DNA of 63,936 nucleotides, the filler included, from Pirum gemmata (taxonomy: Eukaryota), in the NCBI GenBank assembly GCA_002812295.1. It is 16 parts of 16 records of this genome, joined end to end, with 100 filler letters (N's around TTAATTAATTAA, not from the genome) between each part and the next. Parts side by side here need not be neighbours in the genome. Positions count along the whole stretch, not along the records: positions 1 to 3,853 come from PDIN01001837.1; positions 3,954 to 7,793 come from PDIN01001838.1; positions 7,894 to 11,763 come from PDIN01001839.1; 13 more parts are not named here. The stretch is one strand, 5' to 3'. The notes below the pieces were generated by a model. That model searched no databases. It was not told the origin of the DNA and was given only the letters and a program-made list of their open reading frames with translations. The translations under genes and the position numbers were made by a program. Below are positions 1-11,863 of the stretch, piece after piece. Position 1 is the first letter of the stretch. Each line of letters opens with the position of its first letter.

Positions 1-61
1 ATTGTTGTTGTTGTTGTTGATATTATTGACATTATTTTATTTTGACATTGTTGTACATTAG

Positions 62-2137
62 AGTTTGAAAGAAGTTGGGTTATGGGAAGATGATCCCAGA
101 CTCACGGAATCAATAGCTCGTTTGAAACTGGAAAACGAAGAAATGACTTTTGAAACTTTTAGAAGTTGCATAAAGCATAATATAATATTGATCGATCGTG
201 CTCTAAGTGGTAATAATAATATTGCTATTGTCTTCAGTAAATTAACTGATATATGACAAATTTGGTTTCTATTGGGATTGAGAAAATATTTAAAATATTG
301 CAACTACGATGATAAAATACATTAGTCTGTGAATGTAATGTGTATAACTATTTTTGATAATACTGTGTTGTTGCATCAAACGATTGTTCGCTGATTTGAT
401 ATATTGGCTATACATTGACTTTTTTAATTTATATCTACATACATACATACATACATATATATATTCAGGTGAGTTTGTAATACCCGAGTTTCCGAGTTTC
501 ACCCGTGAGGTATGTTGACTCAATCCTATTAAAAATGCTTAGTTACATGTTAATTATATGTTCATATTAGCTTTATAGTATATCGATATCTAAATTTTGA
601 TTTTACTTCTAGATAGCTGATATTTATAACTCGATTTTGGCCCAAAAAATACATGGAGGAAATTCAAATCATAATCCAGAGTTAGAGAAAATGGATCCAT
701 CCAGATTTGGTAATTAAATATATTTTTAAATTAAAAATTAAAAAAAGAAAAGGTGGGTGAAAGCAATAGGATAATAGTAATTGTACAAATGAACTGCGTT
801 GAAAATATGTACATGAAAATGATTGAATGAGAAATGTGGATATTAAAACACTTTAAATTGATACTTAAGATTGATTAGGTTTATAACTCAAGGAAGTGGA
901 TCATCACGCAAAAAAAAAAAAAAATCTTTAAATGAATATATTCAATACAATAATAATTAGGTATTAGTCTTTGCACCACTTCGGGGCAAAGGTACGTTAT
1001 TGGGGATGCTGGTCTTGAAATAACCTTATCTTCTATGATATGGCCCATGTTATATTGTCTGTGCGTAAAACTTTATGGTGTTGAAAAGGTTTTCTATAAT
1101 ATATTCATATATTTCTCTGTTTACAAAATAGACACATACATATATTATATATATCGAGGGATGTCTTTGGTTGTATACTGATTTTCCTTTTTTTTATAAG
1201 GTTCATCAACATATTGGAAGAGAGCCTTCTCCAGATGATTTCAATGCACTTAGTTTGAATGAAAATGGTAAGTACAATAAAATTCATACATGGTACTCAT
1301 AAACCAAAACAACAATATCACTAAAAGATTTCCCCTAATTCCAAGACAGGTAAGCCGCATAATCCATTTATCGATGCAGGAGGTTTAATGCTATGCTCTC
1401 TTTATAAGCCCGAACTCGCACTGTCAGATGTAAGTAAAGTATATAAACTTGAGAAAAGCTTGATACTTTTGTCAATTTTTTATATAACTTTCCCTTTGGG
1501 TTCATTTTTAATATTTGTGCTGATAAATAATATCGTGTGTTAATATTTTTTTATAAAAAAATATCTAAGAAGTAAGAAGTAATTTTTGCGGCGGTAAGAC
1601 ATTTAAACTAAAACATTTCATTTCTCTCACACAATCTGGCTTTATTGTTGTGTTTTTAATTTATTCTTCAACATTTTTTATAAACATAGAAATTCGATTC
1701 GTTAATGAGCGATCTTGAGTCACTTGCTGGAAATGCCGAGGTATCTTCATTCTTCTCATTCCGAAAAACCTATTCTTACTAATACAAGTCTTTTATTATT
1801 TTTCTAATACTTTTTTCATTTTATAGATTGGGTACAGCAACACCATTTATTTAGCGGAAAGCACAATAAGCAGTGCAAGAATAAGAGCCCTAGCTTATTT
1901 CATGGTAAGTTTTTTTAAGTTAATATTCTTGAATGCGTGTCTTAAGTTTATTAATAGTGTATTTGTGTTATTAATGTAATACAATGATGAACTGAGATAC
2001 GTTTCTTGATTTAAACTCAACACCGCTTTATTTATTTGTTTATTTTTAATGTTAAATTTAGAGAGAGCACAATGCATTTCCGGAAGGAAGTGAACTTATG
2101 GAAACGCTAGATTTTTACTTCCAGTGTGTGTCAATAC
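62..2137 (+). CDS. GLS: Glutaminase-like protein (animal GLS-type, partial, 9 exons), probably catalytically impaired
   Basis: GT-AG exons at 62-209, 469-509, 613-709, 961-1088, 1201-1267, 1350-1429, 1690-1740, 1827-1904 and 2062-2137 splice in frame. They give DDPRL..FVIPEF..GISLCTTSGQR..VHQHIGREPS..KPHNPFIDAG..LAGN..FPEGSEL..LDFYFQ, colinear with metazoan glutaminase. Start and end are missing. Confidence 0.9.
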
Positions 2138-2427
2138 GTAATATTTAAAAAATTCAATCCTTTCTTATACCTTTCCACACCCCTTCACACCCCTTTCCAT
2201 CTAAAAGACATGTAAAGAATAGCACAATGTAATTTGATTATAATTTTTGGTAGAAAACGTTAAATATCATTGTTAATGCGTTTACCAATGTTGAATATTG
2301 TGTTCTGTAAAACTTGGAAGTAAATTTATTTCAAAAAATGTTTTCGGATATGTCTTTCGCAACTTTTTCTCCTAATTTCCCTCATCATTACTTTCCACTA
2401 ATAGTACCCCGATTTCTTAAACTATCA

Positions 2428-2472
<45 letters not shown>

Positions 2473-2577
2473 TCTTTATCTATTTTTAATTTTTCTGACC
2501 AATTATTATTATTAAATTTACTAATTTATTTATTCATAAAATTCTAAAAATTGATAAATTAATTTTTTTATTATTAG

Positions 2578-3768
2578 GTACAAAATTTAAATATTGGTGG
2601 TTTGGGAATGACATTACAGTACACTATTCCTTCTACAACGAGGCGTGAGTTTTACAATTTATTAACACCATTCGGTGCTTTAATATTTCTCATTCCTTTT
2701 TCCTATCATATAACCAATATAATAATTAGTTTGGTCAACGAAAAAGAAAGCAAAATGAAAGAAATGTTGAGAATTGCTGGAATGGGTGACTTTATCAGTA
2801 ATTTGGTATGGTTTGTTACTTTTGGAGTTAAAACTTTACCTTTAACTTTGGCCATAGCTTTTCTTTCTTTTTTTGGTGTGATTTTCCCAAATATTTCAAT
2901 TACTGAAATTTGGTTTTTTTTTTGGGCTTTTTTAATACAATACGTTGGGTTTTCTATGTTTCTCTCTTCTTTTATTGGTGGTGGAACTCGAATGGCAGCT
3001 TTAGGTAGTTTGATGTTGGCGTTTTTATTCTTTTTCTTGTCATTGTCTATTCAAGGAACTTCAGATCAATTAGGGTATTGTTTTATTCCAACTTTTTGCT
3101 TGAGTTTTGGGGTTAAGTATATGCTTAGTTCTACTAACTATTTAATTGGCATTGATGTAAATGTAACCGGTAACCCCTATCCTTGGGAAATGGCTTTTGT
3201 GATGATGACATGGGGAATTGTGTATGCTATATTGGGTTGGTATTTGGAATATGTTGTGCCACAAAATTTTGGTACCCGAAGACCATTTTATTTTCCGGTT
3301 AAAATTTTACCAAAGTGGTGGAAAGATTTTGTTATGTCCCTTCGTAGTTTATTCCGAATAGCCACGCGAAAACATAAAAAAACTAATCACTCACATTCTA
3401 TTGAAACAACTGAGAATAAAAAAGAAATTCCGTTCGGAGAAAATGCTCTTGAGATGGAGAGAAACTCCAGCACTATAAACATTGGCAAGGGTTTCAAAGA
3501 TGAATCGGAAGATTTTGATACAGTTAATTTGATTGCTAAAGATTTACGTAAGGTTTATAAAGTCAAAGGTTTGGAAAATAATGAGCGCGTTGCTCTTGCT
3601 GGGTTAAGTTTAGAAATTACAAAATCCAATATATTAATCTTGTTGGGTCCAAATGGGGCAGGGAAGAGTACCACTTTTAATATGCTTACTGGTTTAATTG
3701 AACCAACATCTGGTGATGCTGAAATTTGTGGTTATTCTCTTGTCAATGATTTGGATGAAATTAGAAAG
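2578..3768 (+). CDS. ABCA: ABC transporter subfamily A, internal exon (first TM domain and start of NBD1)
   Basis: Acceptor ttattag at 2571-2577 and donor AAG|gtaatt at 3768/3769. Contains EKESKMKEMLRIAGM, several hydrophobic helices, YLEYVVPQNFGTRRPFYF and Walker A LLGPNGAGKSTT. Confidence 0.92.
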
Positions 3769-3778
3769 GTAATTTTTA

Positions 3779-3809
<31 letters not shown>

Positions 3810-3853
3810 GTTGTTGTTGTTGTTGATATTATTGACATTATTTTATTTTGACA

Positions 3854-3953
3854 NNNNNNNNNNNNNNNNNNNNNNNNNNNNNNNNNNNNNNNNNNNNTTA
3901 ATTAATTAANNNNNNNNNNNNNNNNNNNNNNNNNNNNNNNNNNNNNNNNNNNN
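3854..3953. other. Artificial contig spacer (first of 15)
   Basis: 44 N + TTAATTAATTAA (stops in six frames) + 44 N. Identical spacers start at 7794, 11764, 15700, 19651, 23553, 27501, 31464, 35427, 39851, 43762, 47724, 51663, 56991 and 60957. Confidence 0.99.
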
Positions 3954-4106
3954 GAAAAAAAATGTTTTTTTCGTATTTTTCGGGTTTATAAATAAATAAA
4001 TATATTTGAATACTTAATTGTAAGCTTGAAAATTTCGAACTTATTAATTAATATATAGACTCGAAATCTCGATTTTTAAACAGAGCAGAATTGGCTACTA
4101 TAGTCC

Positions 4107-5798
4107 AGTACTTTTCAGTTGTTTTGTCATCAAAAGATACACAATAAACAGTACCCAATTAATATAATATAAACCCATTTAATTTAATTTGCTATATTTC
4201 ATTATCTATATATTGATTTAAAAATGTCAATTTAAATATTATAACCCTCCAAATAAATATTCACGATATTATAATTATCATCATAACACAGTATAACACT
4301 ATATCTATTATTACAGTTGCCTCTCAATCTTTAAAATTATTTATAATATGGATAGACCTAGTATAATAGTCTATTGTTTTTTAAAAGTGTATTGTGGTTT
4401 TCATTTATTTTATCACTCCGAATATTTATTTGGTTGTTTATAATATTTAAATTGATACATTTAATTAAATAAATAAATTAATTAATATATAATAAAATAT
4501 ACCAAATTAAATAAAATAGATTTATATTGTATTAATTTGGTACTATTTATTTTACAATTAAACAGTTTCAAATTAAAGATTAGGAGGATAATTGTATTGA
4601 AATGGACTGTCTATTCTGCTTTTTATTTATTTTATCACTTAGATTATATTTATTTGGTACTTTTAAGTTTATAAACGTGGTTATTTTAAATTGAAATATA
4701 AATTATTAAACACGCCAAGTTAATTAAATTGTATCAAATAAATTTGATATAGTATTAACTTGGTATTTATTACTGCGTATTCTATTGTGACAAAATAACT
4801 GAAAAGCACGCGTACGATATTTATTTAAATTATTTGTCCCCCATAGACTACCTGTATTTCACTGTACCTATGAAAAAAGACAGTACAGCTTTTTGGTACC
4901 ACTTATTACACGTTTATTATTAAATATTATTTTTTGTAAAAATTGTAAAAAAACATCATATATAACATTGCATTGGCTTTAAAACTAAAACATATCTCTA
5001 TGTCAATAATACTAAGTATATATAGTAGTAATAATATTATATATTAATATTAATATGTCAATACTGTTCCAAAGAATTTCCACCAGAAATCAAACTAAAA
5101 ATCTTTTAATTATTAAAAGTAGACAAACCTGTAAGACTATCATAGATTAATTAGAATGACTAATTAATTATAACCTACATCAAAAAAATATTACATTATA
5201 ATTATATAGTTTTATTTTGTCGCTCTGAATATTTATTTGAAGTGTTGTAATATTTTTAAGTTAATAAATAGATAATAAAATAAACCAAATTAAATTAAAT
5301 ATGTGCATATTGTATTAAATTGGTACTTTTTATTGTATATTTATGATGACAAAACAACTGAAAAGCACAATAAATCCAAATATAGACGACAACTCTAACA
5401 ATATCCACAACAACGACTACAACGTTAACGTTATAATATTATACTAGGAACAAATTTAAAAAGTTTAGAAACCAATATTCCTACAACAAAAGAACAACAC
5501 AATTGCTTATTATAAACTATACATTATGGTGCCATTATGAAAAGTACAACAAGTCAAAACCAAGCTTAATTAAGTGACAATCAAATCATGAACCTATTCC
5601 AAAATATTATGAAACAAATCAACAAATTGCAACTTTATATCGTGCTTTTCAGTTATTTTGTCGTCATAAAATATACAGTAAATAGTACCAAATTAATACA
5701 ATATAAATCCATTGCATTTAATTTGGTATATTTTATTATATATTTATTTATTTAAAAGTATCAATTTATATATTATAAACAGCCAAATAAATATTTAG
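4107..5798. mobile_element. Cluster of five degenerate or truncated MITE family A copies
   Basis: Copies at ~4107-4267(-), 4391-4552(+), 4612-4810(+), 5205-5372(+) and 5638-5798(-) share the aatatttatttgg / ttggtact..ttatt / tgacaaaa.aactgaaaagcac core. Confidence 0.8.
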
Positions 5799-6094
5799 CT
5801 ATATAACTGTAATCTACTGCCCCTCCTTTTTTATAAAGCAAAACAGGGACTTTTTTAAAAATGCAAAATCTACAATACCACAGACTGTGGTGTAATTAAC
5901 CTAGTCTTTCGACATATCAGTCACTAATTTTCCAATGTCTTTAATTTTACAGTCATTGTTAGTCATTTTAGTTAGTCTAGTAGTCCTTTTCATAATTAAT
6001 TGCGTTGGGGTAGTGAACAAATTTTAGTTCAACAATTGATTTTTAGCAAAACATTTTAAATTTTGTTTTTTTTCTTTTTTTTCTTTTTTTTTAA

Positions 6095-6313
6095 CTACCA
6101 AGCCGGATAAAAAGGGCGACATTCGCCATATGAGCTTAAAAATCCAAAAAAATATCAACATGATCCAATACTAATAAAAGTACTACCAAATAATCTAACT
6201 AAAAAACTCTATTATGATCCAATAACTAATTTTTAAAACTGATTTGGCTGGTGATCTTTAAAAAGCTTTTAGAAAAGAAGTCTAAAAAAATATGACTTCT
6301 ACGGGCTTGGCTG
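6095..6313 (+). mobile_element. MITE family D, TTAA-adjacent
   Basis: Ends CTACCAAGCC...GGCTTGGCTG, preceded by TTAA. Related copies at 8486-8841(-), ~32975-33110(-) and 33876-34118(+); end fragments at 36590 and ~61960. Confidence 0.65.
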
Positions 6314-6399
6314 TTTAAAAAAAAAAAAAAAAAAAAAACTTCTACAGGGTTGGCTTTTTAAAAAAAAAAAAAAAAAAAAAAATGTTTGCAAATCTTTTT

Positions 6400-7140
6400 G
6401 GTTAGGATTAGGATTATAAAATTAGGATTAGGATATCAATTAGGATTAGCTAACTAGGGTAAGGGGTTTTAAGAGTTAGGGTTAGAGAGTTAGGGTTAGA
6501 GTTAGTTATGGTTAGGGCAAGGGGTTTGTTGAACTACTAGAACTACATGTTAACAACACGTATATAAGCAACCTAGAAAAACAACAATTTTAAGGAAAAA
6601 CATCTTAGTTAGTGCTGTTAATTAAAACAATATTAATAAAGTTTGTAAATCTTTTTGGTTAGGATCAGGATTACAAAATTAGGATTAGGGTTTAGGGGTT
6701 TTAATTATAAGAGTTAGGGTTAAGCTAGAAAGCTGCTACAGTTAGTTAGGGCCAGGGTTAAGGGTTAGGGGTAAAAGCAATATATTTTGGTTAGAGTAGG
6801 GTTAGGGCCATAACAGCTAGGTCAACGTTACCTATCAACATCTTGAAATTAATTAATAATTTATGGTAACAATATTTGATGGGATTTTACAGCAACTGTT
6901 AGGTAATAATTATATTATTATTATGAATTATTAATATAGTTTAATATATATGTTTAAGAGCGTTTAGGGTTAGGGCCCGGGTTAGGAGTGGTTGTTAGAG
7001 TGATTTTATTAGTGTAATGGTTAGGAAATCGATATTGCGCGTATTAACTATTAATATACATGGTTAGGGTGATTTTTTTAGGGTAATGGTTAGGATTAGA
7101 ATATATACACGGTTATTAGTTTTGGTGGTTGGTAGGTTAG
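6400..7140 (+). repeat. Degenerate interstitial TTAGGG/TTAGGA-rich region with internal duplication
   Basis: Scattered ttaggg/ttagga units. The segment gtttg.aaatctttttggttagga occurs at ~6384 and ~6641. Confidence 0.7.
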
Positions 7141-9091
7141 AGTAACTTTATAAGCAACTTGTATTTATGATAATTATAATCAAGAGCGAATTTTTCAATA
7201 ACAATATTAACAATTATCTCACACAGTACATGGTGATACATGGGCCTACATTTATATTACATACAGTATACTATATTATAATGGACTACAAACAAAATAC
7301 TATTTTACCATATATTATCATTACAGTCATTCTCGCCACATGGGTGGCGCATCCCTTTTTTTTTTTTTTTTTGGAAATCCAATGGTCCAATCACCACAAT
7401 CAAACCACCAACGAGCTCGAGGAGTGGCGCCTCCCATTTTTTTTGTAAGTAAACTTTTCCTGTTTTTTTTTGGGAAATATTTACCATTTTTGGACTGTTT
7501 GTTTTTTTTGGCCTGTAATACTGGAAGCCCATTCGTTTATTTTTGACTCACCGAGTCACCGTCTAGTTAGCTAGACCACCAGAACTTGGCTCAGAGTCCA
7601 GACCTCCCCCAGTTAAAAAGGGCCAGTTTAACTAGTCCCAGTTTAACAGTCTCTGGCTGGACTAACCTTGGTGTTACAAAAGAATGAATGGGGTTGGATT
7701 TTTTTAGTAAAAGCAATTTATTTGTGGATAAATAGTAATTTTATATAAATTATCAGTAATTTTACTACTACTACTATTACTACTACTACTACTNNNNNNN
7801 NNNNNNNNNNNNNNNNNNNNNNNNNNNNNNNNNNNNNTTAATTAATTAANNNNNNNNNNNNNNNNNNNNNNNNNNNNNNNNNNNNNNNNNNNNATAATAT
7901 ATAATAATAATAATATATAAGTTAATATATAGTATATATTTTTCCATTGGATCATAATTATTAAAATATTCGTAATAAGATGATGATGAATTATCAAAAT
8001 ATATAGCTACAATGATTACATATATTATATTTATACGTTACAAAGATATAGTATCTATCATGTACTAGAGTTCTGCAAGGTAGTATCATGCTCTCTAATA
8101 AACAAATAAATAAATATTATTTTACGTCATAATGATAATATTAAATTGTCGTATATAATATATAATATACAGGCCTGTTTGTTTACAAACATTTTTTAAT
8201 AATTACCCTAACAGTACCCTAAATTTCTAATCAATAAACTCGATATATTGCTCTTAAAAGTGTGATTTATAAATATAGTTATAACAGAGATGTTCCACTC
8301 CTTGATAATCTAGCCTTGATAATAATTATAATAATAATACTATAATAATAATGATAATGATGATAATAATGATAATATTAATTTTAATGGAGTAAATACA
8401 ACAGTGTACAGCTCATTCCGTTACTCTTTTTTTTTTTTTTTTTTTTTTATTTTTTCGGTTTTTTTTTTTTTTTTTTTTTTTTTAACAGTCAAACCAGATA
8501 GTACTGTAAAATTTTTTTTTCTTAGACTTCTTTTCTAAAAACCATTTTTTAAAATACTAACTAGCCAAATTATGTTTAAAAACTAGCCATTGGCTCATAA
8601 TAGAGGTTTTCTTAGTCAGACGATTTCTCAATATTTGGTAGTACTTTTATTAAAATTGGACTATTTTGTGATTTTTTGGATTTTTGTGCTCATAGATGTC
8701 GCCATTTTTTGTTGCCAAATTGTTTTTAAAAACTTGCCATTGGATCATAATAGAATTTTCTTAGTTAAACGATTTCTCAAAATTTGGTAGTACTTTTTTT
8801 AAAATTGGACTATTTTGTGGTTTTTTGGATTTTTGAGCTCACACAGTCTCTCACACAGTAGTTGAAAGTTGAAACACTGTTTTAGATTAGTTTTGAGAGT
8901 AATTTGGTAAAGAGTCGATTCTAAGGGAATTAATTGGAGTAGACTCAGTAGAGTCTAGCTAGTTTAGCTAGTGAATCCCTGGTTGCTATGGTAATTACCA
9001 AATATAGATTTTCAATTTCCGAGCCAGTCACTTCGGGGTTCGAACTCGCTTGAGTCGGTTTGGAACTTGGAAGTTCGGGAAGTTCGGACTG

Positions 9092-9279
9092 TATTGTGCT
9101 TTTCATTTATGTGTCACTCCGAATATTTATTTGGCTGTTTATAATATATAAATTAATACTTTTAAATAAATAAATATATGATAAAATATACCAAATTAAA
9201 TACAATGGATTTATATTGTATTAATTTGGTACTATTTATTGTATATTTTATGACGACAAAAGAACTGAAAAGCATGATA
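9092..9279 (+). mobile_element. MITE family A, full-length copy (~188 bp)
   Basis: Imperfect ~26-bp TIRs (TATTGTGCTTTTCATTTATGTGTC / GACAAAAGAACTGAAAAGCATGATA) with TA at both ends. Confidence 0.85.
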
Positions 9280-9295
9280 AAATAATGTAAAATAA

Positions 9296-9443
9296 GGGTG
9301 TCCAAATACTACGTAACGCCAATTTCCAGTCAAATACAGCTTCAAATACCCCTGCCTACCTACCCCTCGACGTTAATTTTCGGTCAAATACCACCTATCT
9401 ACCTACCCCTTAACGTGACGTATTATTTGAAAGCTCCACTCCC
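9296..9443 (+). mobile_element. PIF/Harbinger (Tourist)-like MITE, family E
   Basis: TAA on both sides (9293-9295, 9444-9446) and GGG...CCC termini. Imperfect TIR CAAATACTACGTAACG / CGTGACGTATTATTTG. Homologues at 63255-63494. Confidence 0.75.
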
Positions 9444-9867
9444 TAATATCCCTAATAGACTAAATTTTAAAACTAAAAAATTTAACTATATTTGATTGAT
9501 CAATTTTTCGAATCAGAGTGTTATTTTTATTTTATTTTATTTTATTTTTATTTCTAGGTCTATTCATAATTTCATATCACAAAATGTATCACTGTATCAT
9601 AATAAATCTTGATCAGAGAGAAAAATCTTGATTAGAAGAAGCTATCGATAAATAGTACAATATAAATCCAATTCATTTAATTTGGTATATTTTATGGTAT
9701 ATTTATTTATTTTAAAAAAGTGTCAATTCAAATATTACAAACAGCTAAATAAATATTCGGAGTAAAAAAAAATGGTTCTTTGGGTTAGTTCTTTAGCTAA
9801 TTCTTTGGGCAACTTTAGGGCAGCAAGCTTATCTATAGATTAGTATCCGCATACAGATTGCTACTAG

Positions 9868-10147
9868 TATCGTGCTTTTCATTTAGTTTGTCACTCTTAA
9901 TATTTATTTGGTGGGTTATAATCTTTAAATTGGCATTTTTAAATCAATACATAGATAATAAAATATACCAAATTAAATTAAATGGATTTATATAGTAGTA
10001 ATTTGGTACTATTTATTATATATTTTATGATGTGTTAAGGTGTTACTATATTTGGTATTTATATATACATATATGCCATATATGTTATTATAAATACCAA
10101 ATATAGTAACACCTTAACAGATGACAAAACAACTGAAAAGCACTATA
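9868..10147 (+). mobile_element. MITE family A copy interrupted by a nested hairpin element
   Basis: TATCGTGCTTTTCA...TGAAAAGCACTATA ends, with an 87-bp insert at 10033-10119. Confidence 0.88.
10033..10119. mobile_element. 87-bp hairpin MITE with TGT...ACA ends and 4-bp TSD (Ginger-like signature)
   Basis: Perfect 31-bp TIRs (10033-10063 / 10089-10119). GATG is duplicated at 10029-10032 and 10120-10123, whereas uninterrupted family A copies such as 5205-5372 and 54718-54885 have a single GATG here. Confidence 0.88.
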
Positions 10148-10224
10148 GATCGATAGCTATAACCACTAGCTAGTAAGTAAGGGATGGGTCGCGGTGGTCG
10201 ACACAGGTCAGCTCGCAACTAAAC

Positions 10225-10458
10225 AGTAGGGGTGAGATATCTACTGGAACTTTTTTCGAACAGATGCTTATCGAGCCAACCTTAGTTCCATGTTCCTTAC
10301 TAATAATAGCAGTTAAATAGCTAAAAATAGTATATCTAATTATAGTAGATACCAATTAAAGTAATAATATTAACATTAATAGTAATAAAAACCATAAAAA
10401 TCGGAAAAGTTCCGGCAGCTGTTCGGTAATAATAAAATGACGTCATCTCACCCCTACT
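10225..10458 (+). mobile_element. MITE family B (14-bp TIR, 8-bp TSD)
   Basis: AGTAGGGGTGAGAT...ATCTCACCCCTACT flanked by AACTAAAC at 10217-10224 and 10459-10466. Confidence 0.9.
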
Positions 10459-10520
10459 AACTAAACTCGTATTTTAGTTCTAGCTAGTAGACTAGTAGTA
10501 GTACTAGCTCTAGTAGTAAA

Positions 10521-10962
10521 TCATTGTGTTCTCAATTTTTAATTTGGTACTGTTTAAGTGTATAATTAAGCTTGTTTATAAAATACAACATTAAAAACAT
10601 AAAATACTAAATTAATTAATTAAAACATGTCGGATAGTTTAACCATGAAAACCATATGCATAATATCGTTATTATTATTATTATTACCACTACCAGTATT
10701 TTAGTTTATTAGTCATTTTTTTTTTTATATAATACATATTAATACCGTGTTTTTCAATGGTGTTGTTCAGTTCAAAAACTGAAATAAACGTAACAAATTA
10801 TAAAATTATTATTATGGTTAAACTACCAGACATTTTTTTAATTAATTTTGGTATTTTAAACTTAATGTTTTATTTTATAAACAAGTTCAATTATACACTT
10901 AGACAGTACAAAATTAAAGATTGAGAGTACAACTATAATGGAATACTATGGAATAGACGATA
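10521..10962. mobile_element. Long-TIR element, family C (~120-bp arms)
   Basis: 10521-10646 is an imperfect reverse complement of 10814-10935. Arm homologues at ~20500-20630, ~24628-24745, ~62175-62225 and 4300-4335/4560-4608. Confidence 0.75.
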
Positions 10963-11260
10963 ACATTATAAACTATTATGGTATAACATTTATCAAGGAC
11001 TTCAAGGACTTTGGAGTCCTTGCATTATAAAGTTAGCAAACAACTAGAACTCTTTTATAATAAATACATAATATATTACACAATATCGTAGTTTTATCGT
11101 ATCGATGTATAGATATGATAGTTAGAATTTTAATTAAAAGTTGGGTACTGCAGTGTTATTGTAGTTGTAGTTTCTAAGGTAGAGTATAGCAGTACTAGTG
11201 TATTAATATAGCATGACAGAAAAGATGTTCTTGCTCTCTTACAAATTTATTTAATTCCAC

Positions 11261-11492
11261 CACATGCATGGGCGGTGACCCAGGTTCCTAGACTTTCTTT
11301 AAAAATAAATGCCTATATCTCCGCATCCATTGCTGTTACCACTATGAAGATGATGATTATTATAAGTATAAACACTAAGTCATGTACTTTATAGTTGTCT
11401 TAATTAATAATCATCTTCATAATGACAATAGCAATGTATGATAGATATGAGCGTTTAAAGAAAGTTTAGGGACCCGCGTCACCATGCACGTG
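11261..11492. mobile_element. Foldback element with ~100-bp imperfect arms
   Basis: CACATGCATGG..TGACCCAGGTTCCTAGACTTTCTTTAAA..ATGAAGATGAT pairs with ATCATCTTCAT..TTTAAAGAAAGTTTAGGGACCCGCGTCACCATGCACGTG. Confidence 0.7.
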
Positions 11493-11863
11493 TTTATTTA
11501 TAATTATTTATTTATTGATATTATATCAGTTATTTTTATTCTTTTTCTAGAAGTTAAACTTTGAACTAAGTAGAGAAAAAATTCTAATCTTAAATGAAAT
11601 TTATTTTTAACATTAAGAATGGAATATACAAACATTGCAATTGTCAATTATTGTTATAGTTATCGTGCTTTTTAGTTATATTCGATTATGTTTTCCCGTA
11701 TATCCCTAGTCCAAATAACAAACATTGCAATTGTCAATTATTGTTATAGTTATCGTGCTTTTCNNNNNNNNNNNNNNNNNNNNNNNNNNNNNNNNNNNNN
11801 NNNNNNNTTAATTAATTAANNNNNNNNNNNNNNNNNNNNNNNNNNNNNNNNNNNNNNNNNNNN

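Noticed and set aside
62..3768. Glutaminase-ABCA fusion gene
   Set aside because: The junction is an (ATT)n run in a terminally redundant contig, and the splice phases do not match (phase 1 donor at 2137, phase 0 acceptor at 2578).
3898..3909. Regularly spaced TTAATTAATTAA palindromes about every 3.9 kb
   Set aside because: Always embedded in exactly 44+44 N: an assembly spacer. No gene-neighbourhood inference across spacers is valid.
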